A stretch of 64,000 bases of DNA from Squalus acanthias (lineage: Eukaryota): the NCBI GenBank assembly GCA_030390025.1, contig CM059429.1:151528001-151592000 (forward strand), read 5' to 3'. The stretch's first letter is position 1; every line of letters begins with the position of its first letter. Under the pieces are notes generated by a model. That model did no database searches. It worked only from the letters and a program-made list of their open reading frames with translations, and was not told where the DNA came from. Both the position numbers and the translations under genes were made by a program. Below, piece by piece: positions 13,004 to 24,250 of the stretch.

Positions 13004-13636
13004 GGGGTCTAAATTTAACACCTATTTGACGGGCCTAAAACGGGCGCAACAATAAACGATTTAGCAGGACAGAGGCCCGCGCCCAATTTGCAAGGGCATT
13101 CGGGCCACTGCTAAATCGGTCAGGGCCTTTTGTTTGAGGCGACTTTGTGGGCAGGCTTTGTGTGCGGGCTTCACTTCAATATTGAAATGAGGCTGCCTCT
13201 CCCATTTAGGAGCCGCATTGTTAAATGTGTTTGCCGTAGTCGGAGTTTGCGATGCGAAAGCTCCAACCGGTATATCCTTAAAAGGGCAGGTCGGAAAAAA
13301 ATCTAAAACTTCCAGGATTGAGATACTTGTGGAGTCAGAAGTAGCAAGAGTGCTCCTCCCGGCTCCACAAAACAACTGCGGACCACTGCCTGCCTGGCCT
13401 CGCCCCTCACCCCGCTCCCAGACGTACCTGTGGACCATGGCCTGGGACGAAATTGATAAGTCCCTGACAGGCAAGCTGCATCAGGGCGCCCGATTGGTGT
13501 CCGCAGTTCACCTAAATGATGATGATGAGACCCAAGGACGAAGTTAGTTCGGTCCTCAGGCCTCTCCGTTCCGGCACGCCATCGCTGCGCTCCGCCGGGA
13601 TTGCGCCAGTTTGGGGCGCTAACAAATTTAGGTCCC
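13004..13636. mobile_element. Non-autonomous PIF/Harbinger-type DNA transposon (MITE)
   Basis: GC-rich island bounded by imperfect TIRs GGGGTCTAAATTT / AAATTTAGGTCCC and flanked on both sides by TTT (a candidate 3-bp TSD). Confidence 0.6.
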
Positions 13637-14419
13637 TTTGTACCGGAGTTGCTGTCAGTGCCCACAAAAGGAATATGATTGAAACTTCTGTTAAAAGTAA
13701 CCATCCCTGATAAGTGAAGTGGTAAACAAGTTGCTCACTTAACATGAAGCAAAGTTATTGCCTATACTGTAATCACACTGTACAGTGCAATAACACAGGA
13801 AGGAAATACTTGTCAGCGCTGTACAGTCCCAGTACTGTATGCATTAATTCGCACAATGCCACCATCCACTTCCATGGCAGTAAAAACCTTGGAGCACTGC
13901 CTCCGTGCTTCTGTTCCATTCATAATGTGAAGAATAGATTTCCTGTAGGAACTTGGAGCAAATCTCAATTTTTAAATAAACAGTTGCATTGAGCTTGTAT
14001 GTAAACTGGAGCCAGTAGGTCCGGAATAAAGAGGTCAGGAAATCAACTATTTAGCCAATATGGCTTAGATCATTAAGTGTGTTTACAGTGATGTTGGCCT
14101 GTTTGCAGAAGCAGGTTTGTGTACTGAACAGCTGCTTTATCCCAGAGCTGTTTTAAGGTTAAGATCTCAAATAAATGTAAATTAAACTGAAGCGTCAAAG
14201 TATGTGGGCTTGCAGTCTGATTTTGTAAATGAAATATTCACCTATATTATAAAGTGTAACAGTTTGGATGTGCTTTTATTTTTATTGGGTGGGGAACAGC
14301 TAGGCCTGGTGATGACTGAAAATTGCTCGAGCTGAAGAATAACAAATTTAAGCCGCTCTCCCATAGTGCTAATCATGTAGGTCAGAGGATATGCTGCTTT
14401 ATAAGGACAGAGGCATTAT

Positions 14420-15345
14420 ACAACAACAACTTGCATTTCTGTAGCACCTTTAATGTAGTAAAACATCCCAATGTGCTTCACAAGAGCATTATCAAACCAT
14501 TTTTGACACCGAGCCACATGAGGAGATATTAGGACAGATGACCAAAAGCTTGGTCAAAGAGGTAGATTTTAAGGAGCATCTTAAAGGAGGATAGAGTGGT
14601 AGAGAGGCGGAGAGGTTTAGGGAGGGAATTCCAGAGCTTAGGGCCTTGGCAGCTGAAGGCACGGCCGCCAATGGTTGAGCAATTATAATCGTGGATGCTC
14701 AAGAGGTCAGAATTAGAGGAGCGCAGATATCTCGGAGGGTTGTGGGGTTGGAGGAGATTACAGAGATAGGGAGGGGCGAGGCCATGAAGGGATTTGAAAG
14801 CAAGGATGAGAATTTTAAAATCATGGCTTTGCTTAACTAGGAGCCAATGTAGATCAGCGAGCACAGGGGTGATGGGTGCGGGTTAGGATCTGGGCAGCCG
14901 AGTTTTGGAGGAGCTCAGGTTTATAGAAGGTGGAGGATGGGAGGCCAGCCAGGAGAGCATTGGAATAGTCAAGTCTAGAAGTAACAAAGGCATTGATAAG
15001 GGTTTCAGCAGCAGATGAGCTGTGTCAGGTGATGTTACAAAAGTGGAAGTAGGCGATCTTGATGATGGGGCGGATATGTGGTCAGAAGCTCATCAAATAC
15101 AACACCAAGGTTGTGAACAGTCTGGTTCAGCTTCAGACAGTTGCCAGGGAGAGAGATGGAGTCGGTTGCTAGGGAATGGATTTTGTGGTGGGGACTGAAG
15201 ACAATGGCTTCAGTCTTCCCAATATTTAGTTGGAGGAAATTTCTATTTATGCAGTACTGGATATTGGACAAGCAGTGTGACAAATCAAAGACAGTGGGGG
15301 GAGGGGGCGTTGAAAGAGGTGGCAGTGAGGTAGAGCTAGGTATAA
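14420..15345 (-). mobile_element. L2-clade LINE, 5'-truncated; contains the left duplication breakpoint
   Basis: ORFs 14529-14864(-) and 15035-15352(-) encode L2 RT C-terminal motifs (NFLQLNIGKTEAIVF; LHWL..FKILIL.FKSLHGLAPPYL). (CAA)n tail at 14420. Confidence 0.92.
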
Positions 15346-15469
15346 ATACCATTTAATACATAATAGATTATTCTGGAGCTGTGCCCTTTAAGGTATTAAG
15401 GTCTAACTATTATACAGTTACACCCTGAGGTTAATTAAAGGCAAGTTGCTGTTAAGTACCAGCATGTCA

Positions 15470-15860
15470 AAGAGGAAACCAGAAATAATATACTCGATCC
15501 AGTGAGCCTAACTTGGTATCAGACCTCCATGTGGGAAAACACCTGGGAAACAGTGACCACAATATTATAAGGTTTCAATTGGCTGGTAGAACCAAAGGTA
15601 CTGAAAACCTACAATTAATTCTATATTTCAAAAGGACTAACTTTAAGAATATGGCAAAGGATTTGAAACAGGTCAATGATCCAAGCCCATTGGGTAGGGA
15701 TGAAACCAATGCAGAATATAAATGGCAAGTTTTTAAGAGCAAACTAAAACACATAGAAGCCATGTACATCCCCAAATTCAAAAGTGGCATCACAAGTTTG
15801 TGTGGGACAGGCTGGATGAACCAGTAGGTCTTTTCCTGTCCATTATTTTCACATGTCCTT
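15470..15860 (+). mobile_element. Internally deleted CR1 relic (end of endonuclease domain plus 3' tail); duplicated at about 25417-25807
   Basis: ORF 15513 contains VGKHLGNSDHNIIRF (APE endonuclease SDH motif) and FKRTNF, followed by a CR1-like tail GGGACAGGCTGGATGAACCAGTAGGTCTTTTCCTGTCC. Confidence 0.65.
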
Positions 15861-16309
15861 AAGTAGGACCAGAGGCCGAGTAGAAGGTATTCCGTATTAG
15901 TGGGGAAGTTTCTCTGAAAGCATGTGTGGCAGAGTGTGACACTTGAAGTGTTACAGCTGTGTCTTTTATATATACATCTACAATGCTTTTGGAAATTATT
16001 ATTTTTCTCCTCTTCTCCTTTTGCGGACTTTCCTTCATCACACTAACAATGGTCATTCTGACCAAGAGAGTGGGGATGCAATCTCCTCCCAGGCCTCTGC
16101 TAAAATTATTCTATGTGCCAAAGAGTGCATAAGAGCAGCCTGGAATAAATCCTCCACCAAATTGCCCATTTTTTTCTGTGGGACTTGATGCTTTCCCAAG
16201 ATAATATGGCTGAGATCAGCAACATTTTGAATTGCAGACATAAACCCATTAGTTGCACAAATACCACTTGACCATATGATCTAGGGAGATTCTTAGCCGC
16301 TCCAGCATA

Positions 16310-16762
16310 AGAAAGAAAGACTTGCATTTATATAGCGCCTTTCATGACCACCGGACGTATCCCAAAGCGTTTTACAGCCAATGAAGTACTTTTTGAAGTG
16401 TAGTCACAGTTGTAATGTAGGAAACGCGGCAGCCAATTTGCACACAGCAAGCTCCCACAAACAGCAATGTGATAATGACCAGATAATCTGTTTTAGATGG
16501 TGACTGAGGGATTGGCTAAGACATTGGGGATAACTCCCCTGCTCTTCTTCAAAATAGTGCCATAGGCTCTTTTACGTCCACCAGACAGGGCCTCGGTTTA
16601 ACGTCTCATCCGAAAGACGGCACTTCCGACAGTGCAGCATTCCCTCAGTACTGCACTGTAGTGTCAGCCTAGATTTTTGTGCTCAAGTCTCTGGAGTGGG
16701 ACTTGAACCCACAACCTTCTGACCCAAAGGCAAGAGTGCTACCCACTGATCCACAGCTGACA
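16310..16762 (-). mobile_element. Full-length tRNA-derived Deu-domain SINE (SacSINE1-like)
   Basis: On the minus strand: a tRNA head with A/B boxes (GTGGATCAGTGGGTAG; GGTTCAAGTCCC), a Deu-like core (TGCTGCACTGTCGGAAGTGCCGTCTTTCGGATGAGACGTTAAACCGAGG) and an L2-like tail with (TTTC)n. Flanked by a 7-bp TSD CAGCATA (16303-09, 16763-69). Confidence 0.88.
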
Positions 16763-17186
16763 CAGCATATTCCCTTTGGGATGAGCACTGAACTAACCCA
16801 AAGTCGTCCAAACGTTGGGATTTTATTTGAACTCAAGCCAACACAAACCATAGCCTGTCATAATGTAAAAAAACATGACTGCACATATCCAAGGGCACCT
16901 TTGATTGCTAGCCCTTTCCCTAACCCAAAAACAAAGATCACAATTGTGTGTGCCCCCACTGTGATGTTGGACACTTAGAAATCTACTCCCCACAAGGCTT
17001 GATATCACTTCCATCTCCTCCAATTAAACTGCCAGAGGCTGCACACAGATAGGAGCAACTTTAATTTTTTTAAATTCCCTTCTTGCTATGGTTTCAGTTG
17101 CCGATGTTCAGTTTTCTATGCCACGATCGAGGTAAACTCATGGATCCCCAGTCCTCATTACAGAGAAACGTCGCAAAGCTCTTTAA

Positions 17187-17660
17187 GTCAGTCGTGGCTC
17201 AGTGGGTAGCACTCTCGTCTCTGAGTCAGAAGGTTGTGCGTTTATGTCCCACTCCAGAAACTTGAACAGAAAAATCTAGGCTTACGCTCCAGTGCAGTGC
17301 TGAGGGAGGGCTGCACTGTCGGAGATGAAGTCTTTCAGATTAGATGTTAAATGGAGGCCCCGTCTGCCCTCTCAGGTGGATGTAAAAGATCCCATGGCAC
17401 TATTTTGAAGAAGAGCAGTGGACTTATCCCTAGTGTCCTGGCCAATATTTATCCCTCAATCAACATCACATAAGTAGATTATCTGGTCATTATCACATTG
17501 CTGTTTGTGGGATCTTGCTGTGCGAAAATTGGCTGCCGCGTGTCCTACATTACAACAGTGACTCCACTTCAAAAAGTACTTCATTGGCTGTAAAGTGCTT
17601 TGGGACGTCCTGCGGTTGTGAAAGACGCTATGTAAATCCAAGTCTTTCTTTTTTTCTTTT
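17187..17660 (+). mobile_element. Full-length Deu-domain SINE (SacSINE1-like)
   Basis: GTCAGTCGTGGCTCAGTGGGTAGCACTC head, the same core, and tail GCTATGTAAATCCAAGTCTTTCTTT. Confidence 0.88.
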
Positions 17661-19149
17661 ACATGAATTTTTTTTGAAGTGGTCGTTGTTACGCAGGCAC
17701 ACATGCCAGACTTGCTCTGGCTGTTCCCTTTTCTACTGTCACCTGTTTAATGACCAATAGAAATTGCATTCCTGCAGTGTGGGCCAGGTCCTGGCAGTCT
17801 TTCATTCGATTGGACGTAGGCCTTCGTTAACATGCCATCCAGCAGTTCAGCTTTGAGTTTATCAAAGGCACCGTTGGTAGATTTAAATGGCAGTTCTGAA
17901 TGGCATTCAAACTTTTGACCCTGCAAATGAAGAATCCCAAACTACCCAACAACTCACATCAAAGTCATCAGCTTATTATCACATTATTATTCATCTTTAT
18001 AACTGTACTGAACATCGTTCCTGTATCTGTTAGGTGATGGAAAACAGATTTGTGCTCTGCAAAGTGTTAGGGAAATTCAATGCTCGAAGGGATAATCAAT
18101 CTCATAATACATCTTGTGTCTTTGCTTTCTGTATTGGTAGTATAAGCAAAGCTTGCTTACGCAAACCTGATTGTGTCAAAGGTCATGGAGGAAAGTACGC
18201 ATGCCACTTAGAAACTCAAAGTAAGTTTCCTCCATTTAAATGAAAATCCAAACTAGTTCCATTTGATTCAGATCAAATATGAGTGAATGGATGGATGAAT
18301 GGCACTTCTTCTTGTAATTAGGGTAAACAACATGGCTTCTGGTAGTTCTAATCTGCCAGAGTTACAGAGGGTTACTCTGTTATGTAATTAGTACAAGGTT
18401 ACTATCAGTGTGAGGTCAGAACCTGCCTGTTACCAGTCTGTCACAATCTATTTGGGCAATAATTCCAGGTAATGATTAGAGCTTTGATTATAGCTTTCCT
18501 TGCAAGCCCGACTGGCTGTAAGATTACACCAGGTCAAACACTGTCATGGAGGTCTTTGTATGTGTGTTCTATCTTTCATCGAAAGCATGTGATACATCAT
18601 TCAAGATACGAGGTTATAGAAAGCACCAATATGATATCAGATCAGGAACTAGCTGTCTCTGAGTCATCAGCCAAAGATTTGCTTGTCCATACAACTATTC
18701 TAGTTGGCAAGTAATTAAACTTTAATCCATGTTGCGATGCTGTATTTGGAAAACAGAATTTGCAGTTGACCGGATTCCTATTTAGAAAGATAGTTTTAAA
18801 GTCATATAATATTGCTTTCCATTAACTTTATCCAAAACTATTGGATAAAGAGATGCTTCCTGTGAGTGATAATTCAGTGTGAAACACAACAAGGAGTTTA
18901 ATATCCTCTGTGTGCTAAACTTAGCCCACCTGCTAATATGGTTCTGTAAATTCCTGTCTCCGCTAGCTGTTAACCCATTTAATAAATATGTTAACCTTGT
19001 ACAGACGGGAATTTACACAAACACATTAACTGCTGCACCAAAAATAACGTACATAGAAATTAAACATGAGGTGAGCCCTTCTCATTGTGTGTTTAATTTT
19101 CACAGTGAGACTGCTGACTGACTTCACCAGTCATGATCTGGAAATAATG

Positions 19150-19290
19150 AAGCCCAATTTTAATGTCCCTGCAGCCATCTTGGCTGAAATCAGTTAACTC
19201 TACACAAACCAGGAATCGAACCTGGGATCTTCCTAATGTGAATAGCTCAATATCACAAAGGAAATACATTTACCCAATGTGCGATCAAGA
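19150..19290 (-). mobile_element. Old SINE head fragment (AmnSINE2-like); duplicated at about 29098-29238
   Basis: GCTGAAATCAGTTAACTCTACACAAACCAGGAATCGAACCTGGGATCTTCC contains a B-box (GGTTCGATTCC) on the minus strand. Confidence 0.5.
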
Positions 19291-21943
19291 GCAGCCCGTA
19301 ACAGTGTTTTTTGTGAATACAAATGACAGAGTACTCATTTCTAAATTATTTTATAATTCTTGCTCTTATAAATTTTTATGCACTTCAAAAAAAAGTCCCT
19401 CCAATTTTTTCCCCTTCTCATCTAAAGGCACTATGGTATCGTTTTATAGACACCAAGATGCCCTCCTGCATATTTCCCAAGTGTGACCCTTGACAGTAAA
19501 TGTTGTCACACAGCCATGGTGGGGAAGGGGGGTGGGCTTCACATTCAATCTCAATCCCAACTTCACCTGACTTCCACCCATATACATTTTACAGCAAAGA
19601 TCACTGGAGCAGTGAAAACTCTGACAGTTTTGCCCTCTGTAGTCCAGTGCTTCTATGCCCATTTGTACTGCTCCGGTGTTACACAAGTTGAGATCAGCTA
19701 TCTCAGCACTGAATTGGGGGGTGGGGGGGGGGGGGGGGGGTGGTGGGCAGGGGGTGATGAGGGTGATCATACTTCATTCCTTTTGGTCTGTATTCCTAAG
19801 TTACAGACTCTCGTTACCGATTGAGACATTTGGGGAGTGACATTTATGTATCTGAAGGGATTATCGCCTAGTAAATCATCCCACACCAGCATTAATCAGG
19901 TTTGTCCACAGAGGACTAGCACGGTGAGCGACATCATGATGTCATTGCATTACTAATGATGCCTGGCGGCAATCCTGTTTTAAAGCTTCCTGTTTATAAT
20001 TGGGACCAAGAAACCCTGCACAAAAGGCTTGTGCTACATTGCCTGCCTACAAGATGCCAACATTCCCACATTTGAGTGGAGTTTGACAGAGACAGACTTT
20101 TCACCAGCAGAGATGTGACCAAAGACGCTTCACTAACGTAGCATCTCCACTATAAGAAAAAGGAAAAGGAAATATAAAATGAAACTACTGCTTGGAATTG
20201 AACGCATTAAAACATTTTAAGGTATCATTGAGGTTCTTCTGGTTCATTCCTAATAAGAACATTTCCAATATTATCCAGTGTATGAGCTTAAATGATGGTC
20301 CAAGCTGAGGAAAAGAAATGATTGGGGTCCCACGGCGGGATGGCGGGGTCCTGAATAACTCATTTTCAGCATCACTTAGAGCTGTAACAGCTGAGGGAAG
20401 TGAAGTGAGTGTGAAGCCAATCACAAAGCCTCTCCCTGGAGAAAAGAGCAATCTGAGCTCTTTATTCCTCCTCGGAATGCTTTCTGCTCTTTCCTGTTTA
20501 ATTTTTTTCCCCCCTTTTATTTTTTTTCTCCACACAGCACATAGAAAATAACACCACCTGGTCTCTTGTCAGCTGCTGTGCTAAGACTCGTGATCAGGGC
20601 CTCTTGAGTATTAAAGCTGATATAAAACTATTGCTTTCTGCTCTATCCTGGAGGGTTTCTGTGCTGTCATTTCAGGAGAGCAACCCTCAGCTGCATTCCT
20701 GTCAGTGTTTGATCAAGAAAACTTAAGATGCAAGATTTCTGTGGAAAAATGCATTCGCTGAACCCTCAATTTTGTATAGGGAGGACCAAGTGTTTTTGTC
20801 ACAATGGCGTCACACACAAATAACACAACAAAAACATTTCAATACGATTTCCTTTATTGCATTCAGCTTTTGCAAAAAAAACTATTAAGGAACTGCAAGC
20901 ACCTTTTTCATGAAGACAGTGTGCTTTTAAGCATTGAGTGTAACCAACCATATGCTGAACTCAGAGGCTCAGTTACCACGACAACGCTTTGCCCACCTAC
21001 ACCACCTCAGGGCCTACAATGAGCAGCAGGTAGGTAGGGTTTTGCCACCAAATGTGTTGTATCTGGTGCTGACGGGATAGGGTGGCAGCAGGAGTCCCCC
21101 ATCTGTGCTCAATCACTGCTTGGCTTAGTTTGGTGCTTTTTGAAATTCAGATCAAGGACAAAATAGTATTTTTTTTATAAAAAAGCATAGAGCACCATTT
21201 CATAATTAACCTTTACACCTGCCAATTCTGGGAAGATAGAAGTTTTTCCACAATGCAGCTGCATTCTGGCTGTTGGGAAGTCATTTCCAGATTTTTTTTT
21301 TTTTTACATTTATTTCTGCCAATTTTCTTTCTCTTCCCACAATTTTTGCTTGAATTCTTATTGAACTGTAACTGCATCTGTTTCATTCAGAATAAAATCA
21401 CATGATGGGGGGGGGGGGGGCGGTGGGAGAGACTTCCGCGAAAGACGTTGGCCCAGGAAGTAAATCGCGCCCGAAAACGGGCGTGCAGGGAGTGGGGCGC
21501 TTGCTGCGTTCACCTGTTCATGTGGTCCCATTGTCGGGATCGTAAGATCGAAATTTCGGTTAATTGGACCCCATCCCCCACCCGGGCTGAGACAATAACG
21601 GAGACTGATATTAATTAAAGACTGATATTAATTAATTAATTATTGGCTGTCATTCGACAATATAAACAGTTAAAAGTGATGCTCACTTCTGCGGAGCACG
21701 GTCCAGAGCACGGGGTGATCAAGCAGTTGTCCTGGGAGAATCGGGGTGACTATCTTGGTGCGTCTTCATCCCCTTCATCTTTGTGTTGCTGGTTGATAGT
21801 TCCCAGCACTCGGTGGTTAGCTAGTCCTCTGCAGTGCCCTTTCGTTCCCCTCTTCTTCGCTTGCAGTATCTTTTATACTTTCCAGTGGGTTGTTGTGTAT
21901 TTTGCCATACATAGATTCTCCTTCTGGCATGGGACATGGTTAG

Positions 21944-22049
21944 CAGTTGTGGTTGATATAATTAACATAGATCAGTTGTGGTTGATATAATTAACGCAGG
22001 TCAGTTGTGGTTGATATAATTAACGCAGGTCAGTTGTGGTTGATATAAT
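21944..22049. repeat. 29-bp minisatellite, about 3.7 copies
   Basis: CAGTTGTGGTTGATATAATTAAC(A/G)(T/C)AG(A/G)T units start at 21944, 21973, 22002 and 22031. Confidence 0.95.
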
Positions 22050-22157
22050 GAATACAGTTCCATCATCTCAGCACTTCAGCTGACGATGCGCAATAAACAA
22101 ATCCATATAAGTCCATCATGCTCTGCACCAGCCATTCTGTGTTGATCAGAGACTTCT

Positions 22158-24250
22158 GGGGGTGATTTTATCAATGGGGACGTGATGGAGGCGGGACTGC
22201 TGCGAGGTTTGGAGCCGTCGGGAAGCCCACACTTTAGGGCTCAAAATAGGGATTAGCCAAACAACTGTATGTTAACTACCTGTTAACAGGCAGTTAATTG
22301 TCACTAATCCCCTTCCCATCTCGGAGACGGGACCCGGCGCGGGTTGGGTACCCGCCTCCTGGGAAGATGGCACAGAGGTGGGTTGGGGGTGGGATGGGTA
22401 CCCGCTCCCAGATTCTGCCATTTTCCCGGCAGTCCCGCCTCCATACCCGCCTCCCCAGGGCTGGCAAAATTGCCCCCATGTGTGGGAGGGGTTCTGAAAA
22501 TTGGGCATCTCTGATGCCACTTAAAGGCAGCCAGCACTTCTTAAAAGGGAGGTGCACTCTGGCTGCAGACAACAGGGAAACTTCCCACACTGCAGAAAAT
22601 GGCTGGAAGAAGTCCAGACAGGGCACCCGGGATCTCCATTGCCGCGTTGGAGGCCCTGATCCGGATGGTGGACAAGAGGAGGGAGATCCTGCTCCCCCCC
22701 AGGGATCAGAAAGCTGTCCAGGCAACACCTCCGCCACCAGTAGGAAGAGGTTGCTGAGAAGCTCGCACACAACTCCAAAACTAAGGCTGCCACTGAAGGA
22801 GGCCGAGCCTGCCTGCATACCCTCTCCCTTGTGGGTGAAAACGTGCTGGCCATCAGGGGCAGAGTCATGGGCATTGTGAGTGGCTATGCTGGAGGAGATG
22901 TTGTGCAGGGTTTCTTCATACCTTATCCACTTTTTACCTTCTTCTATCTCACCCTATACACTCTGCACAACACACTGCAGCTGTTTGCCCCAGTCACTTC
23001 TACCTCTGCTCTGCCTCCACACTAAAAGTTAACCTTCGTCCCTCTCTTTAATTTCAGGTGCTGAAGACATGGACATACCTCTATCACTTCAGGAAGAGGA
23101 GGCCAGCCTTCCTGAAGATGCACCATCAATCAATTTGACCCTAGCAAGCACTAGTTCAGAGACTGGCACCGTGCATACTTTAGAGGCTAGACTAGAGGAG
23201 GGGTCTTCATGTGGTAAATCACCGGGCACAAGTGTTCCGGAGCTAGGGCAGGGGTATTGGATGTCACAGGTGTCAGCTTGCTGGAGGGCAAGATCACATA
23301 CTAGGTAGCGAAGAAAGCTGATGGGCATATGTCAGGAAAGGCTAGGTGCAATGGGCAGCCTGCCAGCAAGCTTGTGCACAATGTCGCAGAGCATGGAGGA
23401 GTCCAGCTGCAACTTATGTCAAGGCTTCACACAGAGCATGGAGACCATTCTGTCCACATGGACCGAATGGTCAGCTCCATGAACACGAGAGTGGTGCCCA
23501 CCATGATGGAACATCTACTGAAAGCTCTGACAGCTTGTACAGCAGCTAACACTGCTGCCATGGAAGCTCAGACGGCTGCCAACTTGGTTCTGGGGGTTAC
23601 TGTTGATATGGGATTACAGAGCATCACATCACTCCTGCACTCTGTTCTCATGCAGAGCTGTAGCAGTGCTAAGGAGCAGTCCTGAGAGATTGGCCTTGGC
23701 TCCATTGGAGAGGCACCTACTGTCCTCTCTCAGGATGGCAACATGCCTTCTCCCCCGTTACCAATTATGGCAGTGCCTTTGTTAATGCCACAGGCTGCCC
23801 CACCTCACGCTGAGATGCTGCAGTCTGCTGCCGAACGCTCAAGCTCCAGAGCTGCTCGAGGTCACCCACCACGGCCATCTGAAGAGTCCTCAATGGAAGC
23901 TCAGCAGCCTTGTACCTCCAATGCTGGAACCACTGGTGAAACACTTCGTAGTAGCACTATGCTAAGTAAACTAGAACAGAAGGCAGGCACTAAGGGCTTG
24001 CAGAAGGGTGTTTCTTCAGTATTTCTGTTAACTATTGGATACAGATGGAACTGAGTTGTTGGATAAATTTGTTTATTGCTCAGCTCTGTAGGTGTTCCTG
24101 GGTTCCTGGCAAGAGTCATGAGGCAAATAATGGCACCTGTGCCATCTCCGTTAAACAGAGGAGAGGACAGATTTTGGTGATGTACGCAGAGCAAGATCCA
24201 TTTAGAGTGGGGGGCTCAATTATTGTGTGCGTGCCTTATCAGTATTAGCA
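22158..24250 (+). mobile_element. Decayed PIF/Harbinger transposon carrying a Myb/SANT-like (NAIF1/MSANTD-type) gene relic
   Basis: Left end GGGGGTGATTTT with subterminal CCCGCC/GGCGGG motifs. ATG 22599 starts MAGRSPDRAPGISIAALEALIRMVDKRREILLP, then after a frameshift RKLSRQHLRHQ*EEVAEKLAHN..TEGGR..LSLVGENVLAIRG. A putative intron ends in TTTAATTTCAG (23057) before a low-complexity C-terminal exon. Right end not identified. Confidence 0.65.

Noticed and set aside
13218-13547. ORF with IEILVES..VLLP..AWDEI resembling a Myb/SANT helix pattern
   Set aside because: The VLLPAP part comes from a non-coding motif (GCTCCTCCCGGCTCC) also seen in other MITEs here, and the remaining similarity is too weak to support.
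16053-16241. Minus-strand ORF containing AWEEIA
   Set aside because: A single short motif with no other domain support; most likely chance.
17187-17260. tRNA gene
   Set aside because: The A/B boxes belong to the tRNA-derived head of a SINE that continues into the Deu core and LINE-like tail. The same applies to 16690-16762 and 54058-54120.
21944-22049. 29-bp periodic repeat as a CRISPR array
   Set aside because: The units are contiguous with no unique spacers, the context is a vertebrate intron, and there are no cas genes. It is a minisatellite.
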